Positions 33,988 through 42,550 of a stretch of 48,683 nucleotides of DNA are shown piece by piece. Numbering within the stretch: position 1 is the stretch's first letter; each line of letters opens with the position of its first letter. Source of the DNA: Chitinophagales bacterium (GTDB lineage Bacteria; Bacteroidota; Bacteroidia; Chitinophagales; UBA2359); NCBI GenBank assembly GCA_020631035.1, contig JAHDIA010000001.1:1-48683 (forward strand), in the 5' to 3' direction. The notes under the pieces were generated by a model. It was not told the DNA's origin, ran no database searches, and worked only from the letters and a program-made list of their open reading frames with translations. Position numbers and translations under genes: made by a program.

Positions 33988-34463
33988 TGGCAATATACAA
34001 CGGACAATTGGCAAGAGCGGTGAACCCAACACTCACAATTGCCATTCAAAAGATCAATTCAAGCTTCGCTGTAGCATCAGCAGCATCTAAGAACAAAGAT
34101 GCCACAGGCTTGCTATTTCTCAAAATTGAAAAAACAGGCGAAAGAGACAAGCTTAATTACCTGAAGAAAATACAAATTCTTCCAGTTAAGATTGTGAAGA
34201 CTCGTCAAAGCAGTAAGCCACAGCCAATCAAGAATCTTGATGTATTTGAGCAGGCGGTCTATGCTGCATTAGAGAAATCGCCCCGAATTGGATTTGACAA
34301 ATCAAATTATGAGCTGTACATCCTTGACAAGGATGAGCAAAAGCCCAAAAGAATTATTCAAACCAAATCGCAAATTGAGGCTGCCAAGAACCGCCCAGAA
34401 TCAGAGGCTGAAACTCCAAAAGAAGATGTGAAAAAGACCACTAAATCCACAAAGAAAAAGTAA
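33987..34463 (+). CDS. hypothetical protein with Lys-rich C-terminus
   Basis: 158-aa ORF with a taATG overlap. Confidence 0.5.
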   Translation: MAIYNGQLARAVNPTLTIAIQKINSSFAVASAASKNKDATGLLFLKIEKTGERDKLNYLKKIQILPVKIVKTRQSSKPQPIKNLDVFEQAVYAALEKSPRIGFDKSNYELYILDKDEQKPKRIIQTKSQIEAAKNRPESEAETPKEDVKKTTKSTKKK

Positions 34464-34469
34464 TCTGAA

Positions 34470-35474
34470 ATGACCAATAACATCAAGCTCAAAGATTGCT
34501 TCAAAGGCATAATCGGTGTTAGAAATTTCTGCAAAGAAATGGATGATGAGTTCGAGTATTATCTCGAAGACTTCCTTCCTCTGCCATTTCCATTGATTGC
34601 AGATTTCACGTCATCGACATATATCTCTGCAAGCAATCTTATCAATGCCAAGACCAATCTTGCATTCAAGAAAGTTGCAAAAACGGTGCTTGGGAAGCTT
34701 CAGACTTCAAATTCAATGACCTTCAACACGGTCATTGAAGGAGCGGTTTTTGGTGAGTTTTCAGACAAATATGAGCTTGACACATTTAAGGGGTTTCGTG
34801 GTCCAAAATTCTATTCAAATTCCAAATCAGCCTTTCACTGCTTTTTCATCAACGAGATAAGATTTCAGGCATGCACCAATGTCGCCTGCCAAATCTTTGA
34901 AGTTCTCAATGAAAAGGGACAGGTGCTTGACAGCTTCAAAGCTGAGGTCAAAGCAGGGCAAATCATCTGCATTCCTGTAGGGAAATCCTACTCAGCGCAG
35001 CAACTTTGGGTTCGCACAACAAATCAGAACCTACTGGTCAATGCCTCAACTCTCAAGTTCCGAAGCAATGGGTGCTGCACCACTCAGGTTGGAAACTGCA
35101 TCAAGTCGGCGGGCTATGATGGGTTGAATAACTATATCAATGAAACCTTCGGTTTTCAAGTGGATATTGAACTGAGATGCTGTGAGGAAAATATGATCTG
35201 TTGGCTTGCGCCAAGACTAGGGCTCGCAGCTGGTCATCAGTTGGCAATCGAACTGCTTAACGAACTTATTTCGCCCAATGGCCGGTTCACACTTATCAAG
35301 CTCAAAGCGGACCAGCAAGATTGGGCGAGAGAGGAAATTGCCACAAATGATCAACTTGTCAAGAGATACATCAAGCAGGAACTTGCTGGAATTCAAAAGT
35401 ATCTAAGAGGAATGTCTGGTCAGTGCGGTTGCATTACTTGTCACGGTCCAAGAGTGGTTGGTCGAATGCCTTAA
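34470..35474 (+). CDS. hypothetical Cys-rich structural-module protein
   Basis: 334-aa ATG ORF. Confidence 0.5.
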   Translation: MTNNIKLKDCFKGIIGVRNFCKEMDDEFEYYLEDFLPLPFPLIADFTSSTYISASNLINAKTNLAFKKVAKTVLGKLQTSNSMTFNTVIEGAVFGEFSDKYELDTFKGFRGPKFYSNSKSAFHCFFINEIRFQACTNVACQIFEVLNEKGQVLDSFKAEVKAGQIICIPVGKSYSAQQLWVRTTNQNLLVNASTLKFRSNGCCTTQVGNCIKSAGYDGLNNYINETFGFQVDIELRCCEENMICWLAPRLGLAAGHQLAIELLNELISPNGRFTLIKLKADQQDWAREEIATNDQLVKRYIKQELAGIQKYLRGMSGQCGCITCHGPRVVGRMP

Positions 35475-35484
35475 CAAAAATGCT

Positions 35485-36039
35485 ATGTCAGTTATTAGAA
35501 ATAGATTACAGGAAATTAAGCGGCTGATTGAAACTAGGAAAACAAGGATTCAAACAGTTGCTGCCAATGCTGCCATTGTGCCATATCTCAATCGGATTTT
35601 TGTCGAAGGAAAGGCGACTGATGGCACCGATATTGGTCAGTACTCAACCGATGAATTATCTGTTCACATTCCTTCGGTTTCAGCGCAGCTTCCAAAATCA
35701 AGACTGAAAGCAAGGTCTAGATTGAGCGGAGGCAAAGTTGGCAAAACCGCTTACTACAAAGAAGGCGAAGGCTACAGAGCTTTCAGGCCAGATGTAGGAA
35801 GACAAAACAAGAAGGTTGACCTCAACCTAACTGGATCTGCCCAAGGAACCATTCAAGTTGGAATAAGTGGCGATGATGTAGTAATCGGTTTCACTGATGA
35901 GGAATCACGAGATATTTTGAAATGGAATGAGGAGAAATTCAAGGGGAAAGACAAAGTGCTTCCTTTGAGCAAAGAGGAAAGAGAGGCGGCGGCAAAAGCT
36001 GCTCAAAAAGAAATTGTACTAATTCTTTCAAATGAATAA
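35485..36039 (+). CDS. hypothetical virion-module protein (possible connector/tail-completion role)
   Basis: The track start at 35458 is TTG, so the ATG at 35485 (MSVIRNRLQEI) was chosen. The role is positional only. Confidence 0.45.
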   Translation: MSVIRNRLQEIKRLIETRKTRIQTVAANAAIVPYLNRIFVEGKATDGTDIGQYSTDELSVHIPSVSAQLPKSRLKARSRLSGGKVGKTAYYKEGEGYRAFRPDVGRQNKKVDLNLTGSAQGTIQVGISGDDVVIGFTDEESRDILKWNEEKFKGKDKVLPLSKEEREAAAKAAQKEIVLILSNE

Positions 36040-36661
36040 GACCTATCACATATTACCAATCAAGGAGGTTGTCGATTCGCTTATACAGCAAATCAAAGAC
36101 GGCTCATGTGGGCTTTTTGATAAGTGCGGAGGATATGGAATTGCCCGTCAAATCAAAGAAAAAGACGGTCTTAGAATCGTTGTGATTGGTAGCGGAAGTA
36201 ATACTAAGTCAGTTTCAATCGAGGATAATAAGTGCAATTACTTCTATATACGCTATAGAAATGATTGCAAGAAAGAGTACAAGCCAAAAGCAAAGAAATC
36301 GCAGCGCAGTGCATGTGTGACTGATTACGAGGCTATCATTCCCTTAAGGCTTGTCGCCGTTGTGATGGGAGAGCCTTGCACAAAGCTTGATCCCGATGTT
36401 GTTGAATTCTGTATTCTATCCTCAATCATTGGGGCAAATCTGAGCAGATGTTCTACACAAGCAACAATCAAAATCAAAGATTCTTGTACGGATACCTGTC
36501 TTGTGATTGAGAAGGAATATGGCAAGGATGACATATCTCAATTCTCCAATGGGCTAATGGCAATTTCTATTGATTTTGATTTGTCTATTGATTTGAATGT
36601 CGGGCTATGCCAGCAGGCTGCGCCGACGATTTGTGAACAAATTAAGAATGCTTGCGGATGA
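36032..36661 (+). CDS. hypothetical protein
   Basis: 209-aa ATG ORF overlapping the upstream stop. Confidence 0.5.
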   Translation: MNKTYHILPIKEVVDSLIQQIKDGSCGLFDKCGGYGIARQIKEKDGLRIVVIGSGSNTKSVSIEDNKCNYFYIRYRNDCKKEYKPKAKKSQRSACVTDYEAIIPLRLVAVVMGEPCTKLDPDVVEFCILSSIIGANLSRCSTQATIKIKDSCTDTCLVIEKEYGKDDISQFSNGLMAISIDFDLSIDLNVGLCQQAAPTICEQIKNACG

Positions 36662-37107
36662 GTTGCTGTAATAATACATATGACTTAGGCTGTTATAATC
36701 ATTGCCAAAATATTGAAGTGCTGCTTGATGGAATCAATCCCGCAAACGATTACACCTTTGTGACTTCTTTTTCGGGTTCCCAAATCATTATGCTTTTGGC
36801 GGTTTCACAAAATGATGCTGGGGAGAATGTGCTTGTAATTGATACGTGCGGACTCAATGAAAATCACTGCTACACAGGTCAGATTTTGCAAAATTCTCAA
36901 CCACTTACCATCGAAGTGGACAGCGTGGTATATGACTGTTTTTCCTTCAAGATAGTTCCCAAAGCTGTGGTATACTGTCCACCAGTGGAGACGAACCCAC
37001 CAGAGGAATGCACACCATGCGATGCCATTGAGCAGTGCGCTCCTGAGTGCGAGCAGCCAGAAGTTCCGCCCGATTGTCTAACCCAAACCCAAACCGATGA
37101 CTGTTGA
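36658..37107 (+). CDS. hypothetical Cys-rich protein
   Basis: ATGA overlap at 36658 (MSCCNNTYDLGC...). The track start at 36652 is TTG. Confidence 0.5.
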   Translation: MSCCNNTYDLGCYNHCQNIEVLLDGINPANDYTFVTSFSGSQIIMLLAVSQNDAGENVLVIDTCGLNENHCYTGQILQNSQPLTIEVDSVVYDCFSFKIVPKAVVYCPPVETNPPEECTPCDAIEQCAPECEQPEVPPDCLTQTQTDDC

Positions 37108-37555
37108 AATATTAATATCAGTATTGATTCTATTTGCTTGCGTGAAATCCTGTGCGAGCATCACTGCACTGCTGTACTTTGCAATGGGGGAGCCTCAGAG
37201 TGATGGCAACAACCAATCAGGCATGATATTCTCACGGCTTGGAAGGTATATCTCCAGCAAATACATCGCACATCAAGATCACTACAAGGCGTGGGTAGAA
37301 AGGCAATTTGAAAGCTTAGAAGAAAGCATTGAAGTTCAAAAAAAACGAGCTGCACTATACCAAAAAATGCCGATCTCTATATGGAAGCTTGGTATATGCG
37401 TTTTTTGCCTTAACGTGTGGATTACAGCATTTGTAGTGAGCGTTGTAATATACTTTGATTTTGTCTCATTTGGCAGTTGGTATTGGGACATACTCGCCTT
37501 TCTTCTTTCAGTCGGATACTCCTATACCGCAATACGAAAAGTTTATTCATCCTAA
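37097..37555 (+). CDS. membrane protein (holin-like candidate)
   Basis: 152 aa with an N-terminal and two C-terminal hydrophobic helices. Confidence 0.45.
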   Translation: MTVEILISVLILFACVKSCASITALLYFAMGEPQSDGNNQSGMIFSRLGRYISSKYIAHQDHYKAWVERQFESLEESIEVQKKRAALYQKMPISIWKLGICVFCLNVWITAFVVSVVIYFDFVSFGSWYWDILAFLLSVGYSYTAIRKVYSS

Positions 37556-37573
37556 CAAAAAATAATTGTACAA

Positions 37574-39514
37574 ATGCAAAATTCCACAACAAAAGATGCT
37601 ATACGCACCATTCTCATATTTTTCATATTGGTGTTTTTTTCTTGCTCTCTTCAGAAAGTAGGATTGCAGACGGATCGCTTTGACATTGACATCAATCTCA
37701 GCGACTCCACCCTATCGGTGACGCCACTTGGAATCACGGAACCTACTCATCACAAAAACCTTCCACCGCCGCCCGCTGGTCTTTCGGTTTCCGATGCTGA
37801 CATTGGATCTCCTAAGAATCTTGAAGTAATCAATTTCGGCAGGCTTGGATTCATCTGCCAGTTCGACTCGGTTGAAAACGCTGAGTCTTATTGGTATGCA
37901 CTATCTCACAATGAGGAAGGAACTGACCTCCTATTCCGCTCAATGGCAGCAGACAAAAAAAGCAATCGCCAAAAAACGGACCTTGTCACTTTTTCTGAAG
38001 TAGAAAACTACAATCCTGAAAAGCAGCTGTATCTCTCAGTTTTTGCAACTCAAAATTTGCGTGATGCAGGTCGACCCGCTGTCATCACGCTGCGTCCCGA
38101 TGATTTCAAACCAGGATATGATGATTTTTCTTGGGAGTTTGATGATAGATTTGATGTAAATTACAAAAGTTACGTTGACAGCATCCTTGTAGCAGCCAAG
38201 CCGCATATTGTGAAGGTTTTTGGTAAGGCATTTTCTAGCCATCCAATTAGAATCCGTCAGTCTAATCAGTGGTGGATTTTCTTATATAAGAAGTGGGACA
38301 TTGAGCTGAAGGGAAACGCCAATCCAAATGTGATCATTCACGAGATTTGCCATTTTCTTCAGGGACTGTACCTACCATCAGTGACCCAAAAAGGAGAATA
38401 CAACAACACCCTCGAATGGCTCGCCGAAGGGATGGCACAGGCAGCGAGCTATGAGGTGATGACCTCTATGGGAATACAGGCGCATTCCCAATATGGGAAT
38501 TTCTATGATTTGGAAAACTGCGAGGAGCTTTCCTGCTCCTACTTTCGCTCTGATGGCGGGGGGATGGGGATGACTTGGTGGAGATATGAGATGGCCGGGC
38601 ATTTCTTCAGAAAACTCTCAATTGAGTATAGCAGGGATAATTCTGGTCGGTTTTTCTTTGCAGACCTCAATCAATTATATTTTGAGCATCTAACAAATAG
38701 CCCTGGACTTGATAGGCTCACAGCATTCAAAAAGGCAATCTCTCAACTGATGCCTTATGTAGAGGGACAGTACGTGCTTGACTGGATAGATGAGCAATAC
38801 ATTAGCTTTGGCAAGGAGAGCCTTGGTAGAAAAATTCACATTTCCCATCAGCCGTATTGGACCAATAACTCGGGCGGTGGAGAGTTCACTTCGATTGAAA
38901 AAATATACTTCTATGAAACCCATCCAAGCTGCCGCTCCAATTGGTGGTGTTCTGAATCAGAAAAGCATGATCTCAATGGTCTGTATGCTCAAGTTAATAT
39001 AATAGAGAGCTGGAGCGGCGACACTATTTCCACCATCAATCACAGGACAAATCCTTACCCAAATGAAAAAGGCTTCTCTTCTATTGTCTTGCTCATTGGC
39101 ACCAGCACTGATGAATCTAGCAATACACAGTATCTCAAAACCTATTACAAGGATATTGGGAAAAACCCAACGGTCCTGAAGGTGAAAAAAACAGGTCTGT
39201 ATCGAATCGACATTGATTTTGGCATTGCCAAGCGGTCCGTCTATCGACTTTTGGGAGATGGCATTGGAGAGCATAGAGACAAGGTCATTGTAGCGATGCC
39301 TGATGCCCCAAAAGGAAGCTATATGATGGTTTCAAAAGATGGGACTTGGAACCTTGCAAGATGGAAATTTGAAAGGGGCATTGCCCTTACAAATGTTAAT
39401 GCAGAAACCTCAAGGCTACTACTCAATGTTACAGATGCGAGAGGAGGACATTTGAGGACCGAAAAGAGAAATATTGATTCCAAAAATACTCAGCTAATAT
39501 TGATAGAAAACTAA
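37574..39514 (+). CDS. lipoprotein with HExxH zinc-metallopeptidase-like motif
   Basis: Signal/lipobox ...FFILVFFSC. FN3-like N-terminal region. VIIHEICHFLQG motif. Confidence 0.55.
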   Translation: MQNSTTKDAIRTILIFFILVFFSCSLQKVGLQTDRFDIDINLSDSTLSVTPLGITEPTHHKNLPPPPAGLSVSDADIGSPKNLEVINFGRLGFICQFDSVENAESYWYALSHNEEGTDLLFRSMAADKKSNRQKTDLVTFSEVENYNPEKQLYLSVFATQNLRDAGRPAVITLRPDDFKPGYDDFSWEFDDRFDVNYKSYVDSILVAAKPHIVKVFGKAFSSHPIRIRQSNQWWIFLYKKWDIELKGNANPNVIIHEICHFLQGLYLPSVTQKGEYNNTLEWLAEGMAQAASYEVMTSMGIQAHSQYGNFYDLENCEELSCSYFRSDGGGMGMTWWRYEMAGHFFRKLSIEYSRDNSGRFFFADLNQLYFEHLTNSPGLDRLTAFKKAISQLMPYVEGQYVLDWIDEQYISFGKESLGRKIHISHQPYWTNNSGGGEFTSIEKIYFYETHPSCRSNWWCSESEKHDLNGLYAQVNIIESWSGDTISTINHRTNPYPNEKGFSSIVLLIGTSTDESSNTQYLKTYYKDIGKNPTVLKVKKTGLYRIDIDFGIAKRSVYRLLGDGIGEHRDKVIVAMPDAPKGSYMMVSKDGTWNLARWKFERGIALTNVNAETSRLLLNVTDARGGHLRTEKRNIDSKNTQLILIEN

Positions 39515-39558
39515 CTAAGTAATGCGCCTAGCAATTACCAAACCACAAAACTAAAGGA

Positions 39559-40407
39559 ATGAGACATTTTTTTTTCATCACAATACTTGCCTGCCTGCTT
39601 GTCTTTCTTTTCGCCTGCGCTCCTCAAAATAGGATTGCAGTTGAATCTGCCGAAGTAGGATTTGAGCAGGGCAGAGATTATAAGAAAATATATGGCAAGG
39701 TTGTATTTGGGCGGTGTAGCTACGATGATAGCGCACCTTATAATCAAATAAGCTGTTACCTATCAGATTACAAGAAAATAAGCTACGCCATCAATCATCC
39801 AATGCCTGGATTCACGCTTGATCAAACTGACACAATTATTCAGGCTGCAGCCCAGTACATCAATGAGTACATTGATCTGCCATTCTACCGAGTAAGTTAC
39901 TTTCAAAACCCAAAGTTGGTATTTTCAGCTTATAGGCTTAATGAGATGCCCCCCTTCCATCCTTTTGACGGGGAAGGCGGCACCATTGCTCATACATATC
40001 CAGGCTGCTACATAGATTGTGAGATGGCCTCTCATATTTTCTATGATCTTGACAGCAAACTCAGTAATGGATTTGATGATGAAGGAAGCCTACTCAACGC
40101 AGTGAAAGTGACGGTTCACGAAATACTGCATTTTCTAGGTTTTGGGCATACCCAAGACCCGCAGTCAATCATGTTTCCAATGTACAATGACCATCCGATT
40201 TTTTTCACATCGGATGATTCACTCGGACTAGTAACACATTACCTACCACAAAATAATAAGGAAAATGAAAGAGATGAAAACATTAACAATGATGCTGATT
40301 ATAAGCCTAGAGGCTTTTTTCATCGCATCTTTGGGAGGCACAAATGTAGCCGCCCAAGTAGACCAGGAGAGTCCGCCGACACTCCCAAAAGTATATCAGT
40401 TAGATAG
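39559..40407 (+). CDS. lipoprotein, matrixin-like (metzincin, M10-type) zinc metalloprotease
   Basis: Signal/lipobox LVFLFAC. Extended zinc motif VHEILHFLGFGH (HExxHxxGxxH) followed by the Met-turn-like SIMFP. Confidence 0.75.
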   Translation: MRHFFFITILACLLVFLFACAPQNRIAVESAEVGFEQGRDYKKIYGKVVFGRCSYDDSAPYNQISCYLSDYKKISYAINHPMPGFTLDQTDTIIQAAAQYINEYIDLPFYRVSYFQNPKLVFSAYRLNEMPPFHPFDGEGGTIAHTYPGCYIDCEMASHIFYDLDSKLSNGFDDEGSLLNAVKVTVHEILHFLGFGHTQDPQSIMFPMYNDHPIFFTSDDSLGLVTHYLPQNNKENERDENINNDADYKPRGFFHRIFGRHKCSRPSRPGESADTPKSISVR

Positions 40408-41107
40408 TCTTGAGAAAAAAGAGATTGTCGATTCAGGTGAAGTTCAATGCAAAATCCTTAAAAAATCATACCTGGGGTATTGGATAGAGTACGAAGATGG
40501 AGTGGCACTGATCGAGGCAAACTTTTTGCCAGCTGGCACAAGACCAAAGCCTCAGATTTGCAGCGGTCCTCCTCCTGCTAAGATGGTAGAAGTCATTAAG
40601 GAACAAACTGACTCACTACCCCAGCAAAACAGGATGTATAGCAAGCAACCACAAGGTTGGAAGGTGCTGCTTGACAACCTTTGGGAATCTGAAATACCTG
40701 GAGCAGAAAACAACTGGAAGCTTCAACATATTATAGATCATGCTATGAAGTCAACGGGCATCTATCTTCCACCCGAATGGGTATCAGATAAGCTGCCAAG
40801 CTGCGCCGTTGCAGTCATCTATGCAGAGAGTGCATCGGGAAAAGATGTGTCGTCTTTGAATTTCAAAGCCATCTCTTTTTTGAAATATGGAACGGCTGTG
40901 GAGAGCCTGGAGAAAGCAAAGTTTGGGGATATAATTGTTTTGTATAGATTTTCACCTGAGAGATGGGAATCTCACGTTGGCTACCTAATGGGAGTAATTG
41001 GGAACAATGTAATGCTGCTTGGGGGCAATCAAGATGATAGGATTGGAATTGATGCATTCCCAATCTCAAAAATTAGGGCTGATGGCATCCGCCGTCCTCC
41101 TCCGTAG
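40265..41107 (+). CDS. secreted TIGR02594/CHAP-like peptidoglycan hydrolase (endolysin candidate)
   Basis: N-terminal signal peptide (MKTLTMMLIISLEAFFIASLGG). C-terminal ...GDIIVLYR...HVGYLMG...LLGGNQDDRI... signature. Overlaps the upstream gene by about 140 nt. Confidence 0.65.
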   Translation: MKEMKTLTMMLIISLEAFFIASLGGTNVAAQVDQESPPTLPKVYQLDSLEKKEIVDSGEVQCKILKKSYLGYWIEYEDGVALIEANFLPAGTRPKPQICSGPPPAKMVEVIKEQTDSLPQQNRMYSKQPQGWKVLLDNLWESEIPGAENNWKLQHIIDHAMKSTGIYLPPEWVSDKLPSCAVAVIYAESASGKDVSSLNFKAISFLKYGTAVESLEKAKFGDIIVLYRFSPERWESHVGYLMGVIGNNVMLLGGNQDDRIGIDAFPISKIRADGIRRPPP

Positions 41108-41113
41108 AGCTAT

Positions 41114-41144
41114 TTGCAAAAGTGGTTTTGATTTGGTACATTTG
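41114..41144 (+). promoter_or_regulatory. Bacteroidota-type promoter
   Basis: TTG 41114-41116, N20, TAcaTTTG 41137-41144. Confidence 0.5.
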
Positions 41145-41148
41145 TAGT

Positions 41149-41295
41149 ACCACAACAAAGAAAATGCTGATTCTAGCGATATGGCTCACGCCAAGTTAGT
41201 TCACTATTTTTGACATAATATTGAGTAATTAAGATACAGCCTGACTGTTTTCGGTATATCCGTATTCGTGCGGAATCAGCATCTTTTGTTGTGGT
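41149..41295. repeat. imperfect inverted repeat pair flanking a segment of about 100 bp
   Basis: accacaacaaagaaaatgctgattc (41149-41173) versus gaatcagcatcttttgttgtggt (41273-41295). Matched blocks of 11 nt and 10 nt, separated by a 2-nt indel. Confidence 0.7.
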
Positions 41296-41313
41296 TAACA
41301 TTAATGCAACCGA

Positions 41314-41353
41314 GCAGTCAGGTTCCTCTTTTTTTGCCTGACTGCTCTTTTCG
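41314..41353 (+). terminator. hairpin + T-rich tail in the leader of the 41379 gene
   Basis: Perfect 9-bp stem gcagtcagg (41314-41322) / cctgactgc (41337-41345), followed by tcttttcg. Confidence 0.5.
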
Positions 41354-41378
41354 ATAACCACTAAAAATCAAAAGAGGC

Positions 41379-42149
41379 ATGTTAGAAAAATTATTCAAAC
41401 AAAGCTTTGTGCCAAGACAGGCAAAAGGAGCAAAACCTACCACCAAAACTAACAGCCAAAGGGAAAAAACTAAAACCATACTGAAGGCAAGCGAGCATAT
41501 TGAGCATCTCACTGAGGGGTATGTACTAAGCTCAGAAGCTAAGAAGAACATCGCCAAGGCATACATCGCCAAGCGTCCAAAGGGATACGGAGAAATCTAC
41601 TCTCCTATCTATAATCTATCCTATTACGCCACTACCCTGCTTCACATTTTTTCACTTGTGATTGCACTGCCATTTGTGACCATCTTGGTGGGCTTTTTTG
41701 CTCAACAAATTGGGCTTCCAATTGGAGAGCAGACGGCATACATCATTGCAGCAGGATTTTTGGCATCTCTTGAAATTGCCCAACACAGCACTCTTAATGT
41801 AATGTGGAATATCTACTTTCAAGATGGGAAGTTTGCCGCTGGAATTACAGTAGTGGCCATTATCTTCTCAGCTTTTTCTGTTGCAAGTTCAGGTTATTCA
41901 GCTTATCATTTTTTGCAGGGTTCACAATTTGTGATTTGGGGGCTTGCCATTTCAATAGGAAATGAAGCACTCATCAATTGGCTCTCGCATTGGAGACACA
42001 AATATGAGTGGACAACAAGGCAAGAATCACAAATGGTCAATGACCTATACAGAGGGAAAAAAGATGACCATCTATTCACAAAAGTAAGCAAAAATGATTC
42101 ATCGCTGGGAAAGGAGAGAGGGCAGCAGGCTCACAAAATGGAGCAGTAA
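41379..42149 (+). CDS. polytopic membrane protein
   Basis: 256 aa with at least four hydrophobic helices after a basic N-terminal region. Confidence 0.55.
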   Translation: MLEKLFKQSFVPRQAKGAKPTTKTNSQREKTKTILKASEHIEHLTEGYVLSSEAKKNIAKAYIAKRPKGYGEIYSPIYNLSYYATTLLHIFSLVIALPFVTILVGFFAQQIGLPIGEQTAYIIAAGFLASLEIAQHSTLNVMWNIYFQDGKFAAGITVVAIIFSAFSVASSGYSAYHFLQGSQFVIWGLAISIGNEALINWLSHWRHKYEWTTRQESQMVNDLYRGKKDDHLFTKVSKNDSSLGKERGQQAHKMEQ

Positions 42150-42280
42150 TCACAAAAGAAAAAAAGACTGTTGCCCACCCTATCACAGATGGCAAAAAGC
42201 CCTTATCACAAAAAGGGGAATCACAATCACAAAAGGGAGAACCCCCAGTGAGTACGGGAGTTTCGAGCGAATCACAAAAA
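42131..42280 (+). repeat. cluster of same-orientation (A)TCACAAAA(G) repeats
   Basis: Copies at 42131, 42149, 42182 (variant), 42205, 42220 (short), 42226 and 42271. More dispersed copies lie at 42026 and 42075. Confidence 0.7.
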
Positions 42281-42310
42281 AATGAGAAGAAGAAAAAGCC
42301 AAAGCATCCA

Positions 42311-42550
42311 ATGTTTGATTTGAAGGAAGTGATAAGGTACAAAGGGATGTATTGGGACAAATTACAGGAAGGATACACTGACCGAAAGCAAGCGTATTAC
42401 GACCTAGTTTGTGACATAGAATCAAACTGGGATGAGCTTCAAGACGGAGGCGTTGTGAGAAAACCAAATACTGCCGAAAGGTTGAAATACTTCAGAGAGG
42501 GGAGAGATAGAAATTACCTAATTGAAATCACAAAAATTCAAGACAAATGA
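42311..42550 (+). CDS. hypothetical protein
   Basis: ATG at 42311 (MFDLKEVIRYKG). The track ORF begins at GTG 42248, inside the repeat cluster. Confidence 0.45.
   Translation: MFDLKEVIRYKGMYWDKLQEGYTDRKQAYYDLVCDIESNWDELQDGGVVRKPNTAERLKYFREGRDRNYLIEITKIQDK

Noticed and set aside
42094-42285. 63-aa ORF with repeated ITK/HK peptides.
   Set aside because: The peptide repeats are a by-product of the ATCACAAAA DNA repeats. The ORF overlaps the end of the membrane-protein gene and is better explained as a non-coding repeat array.
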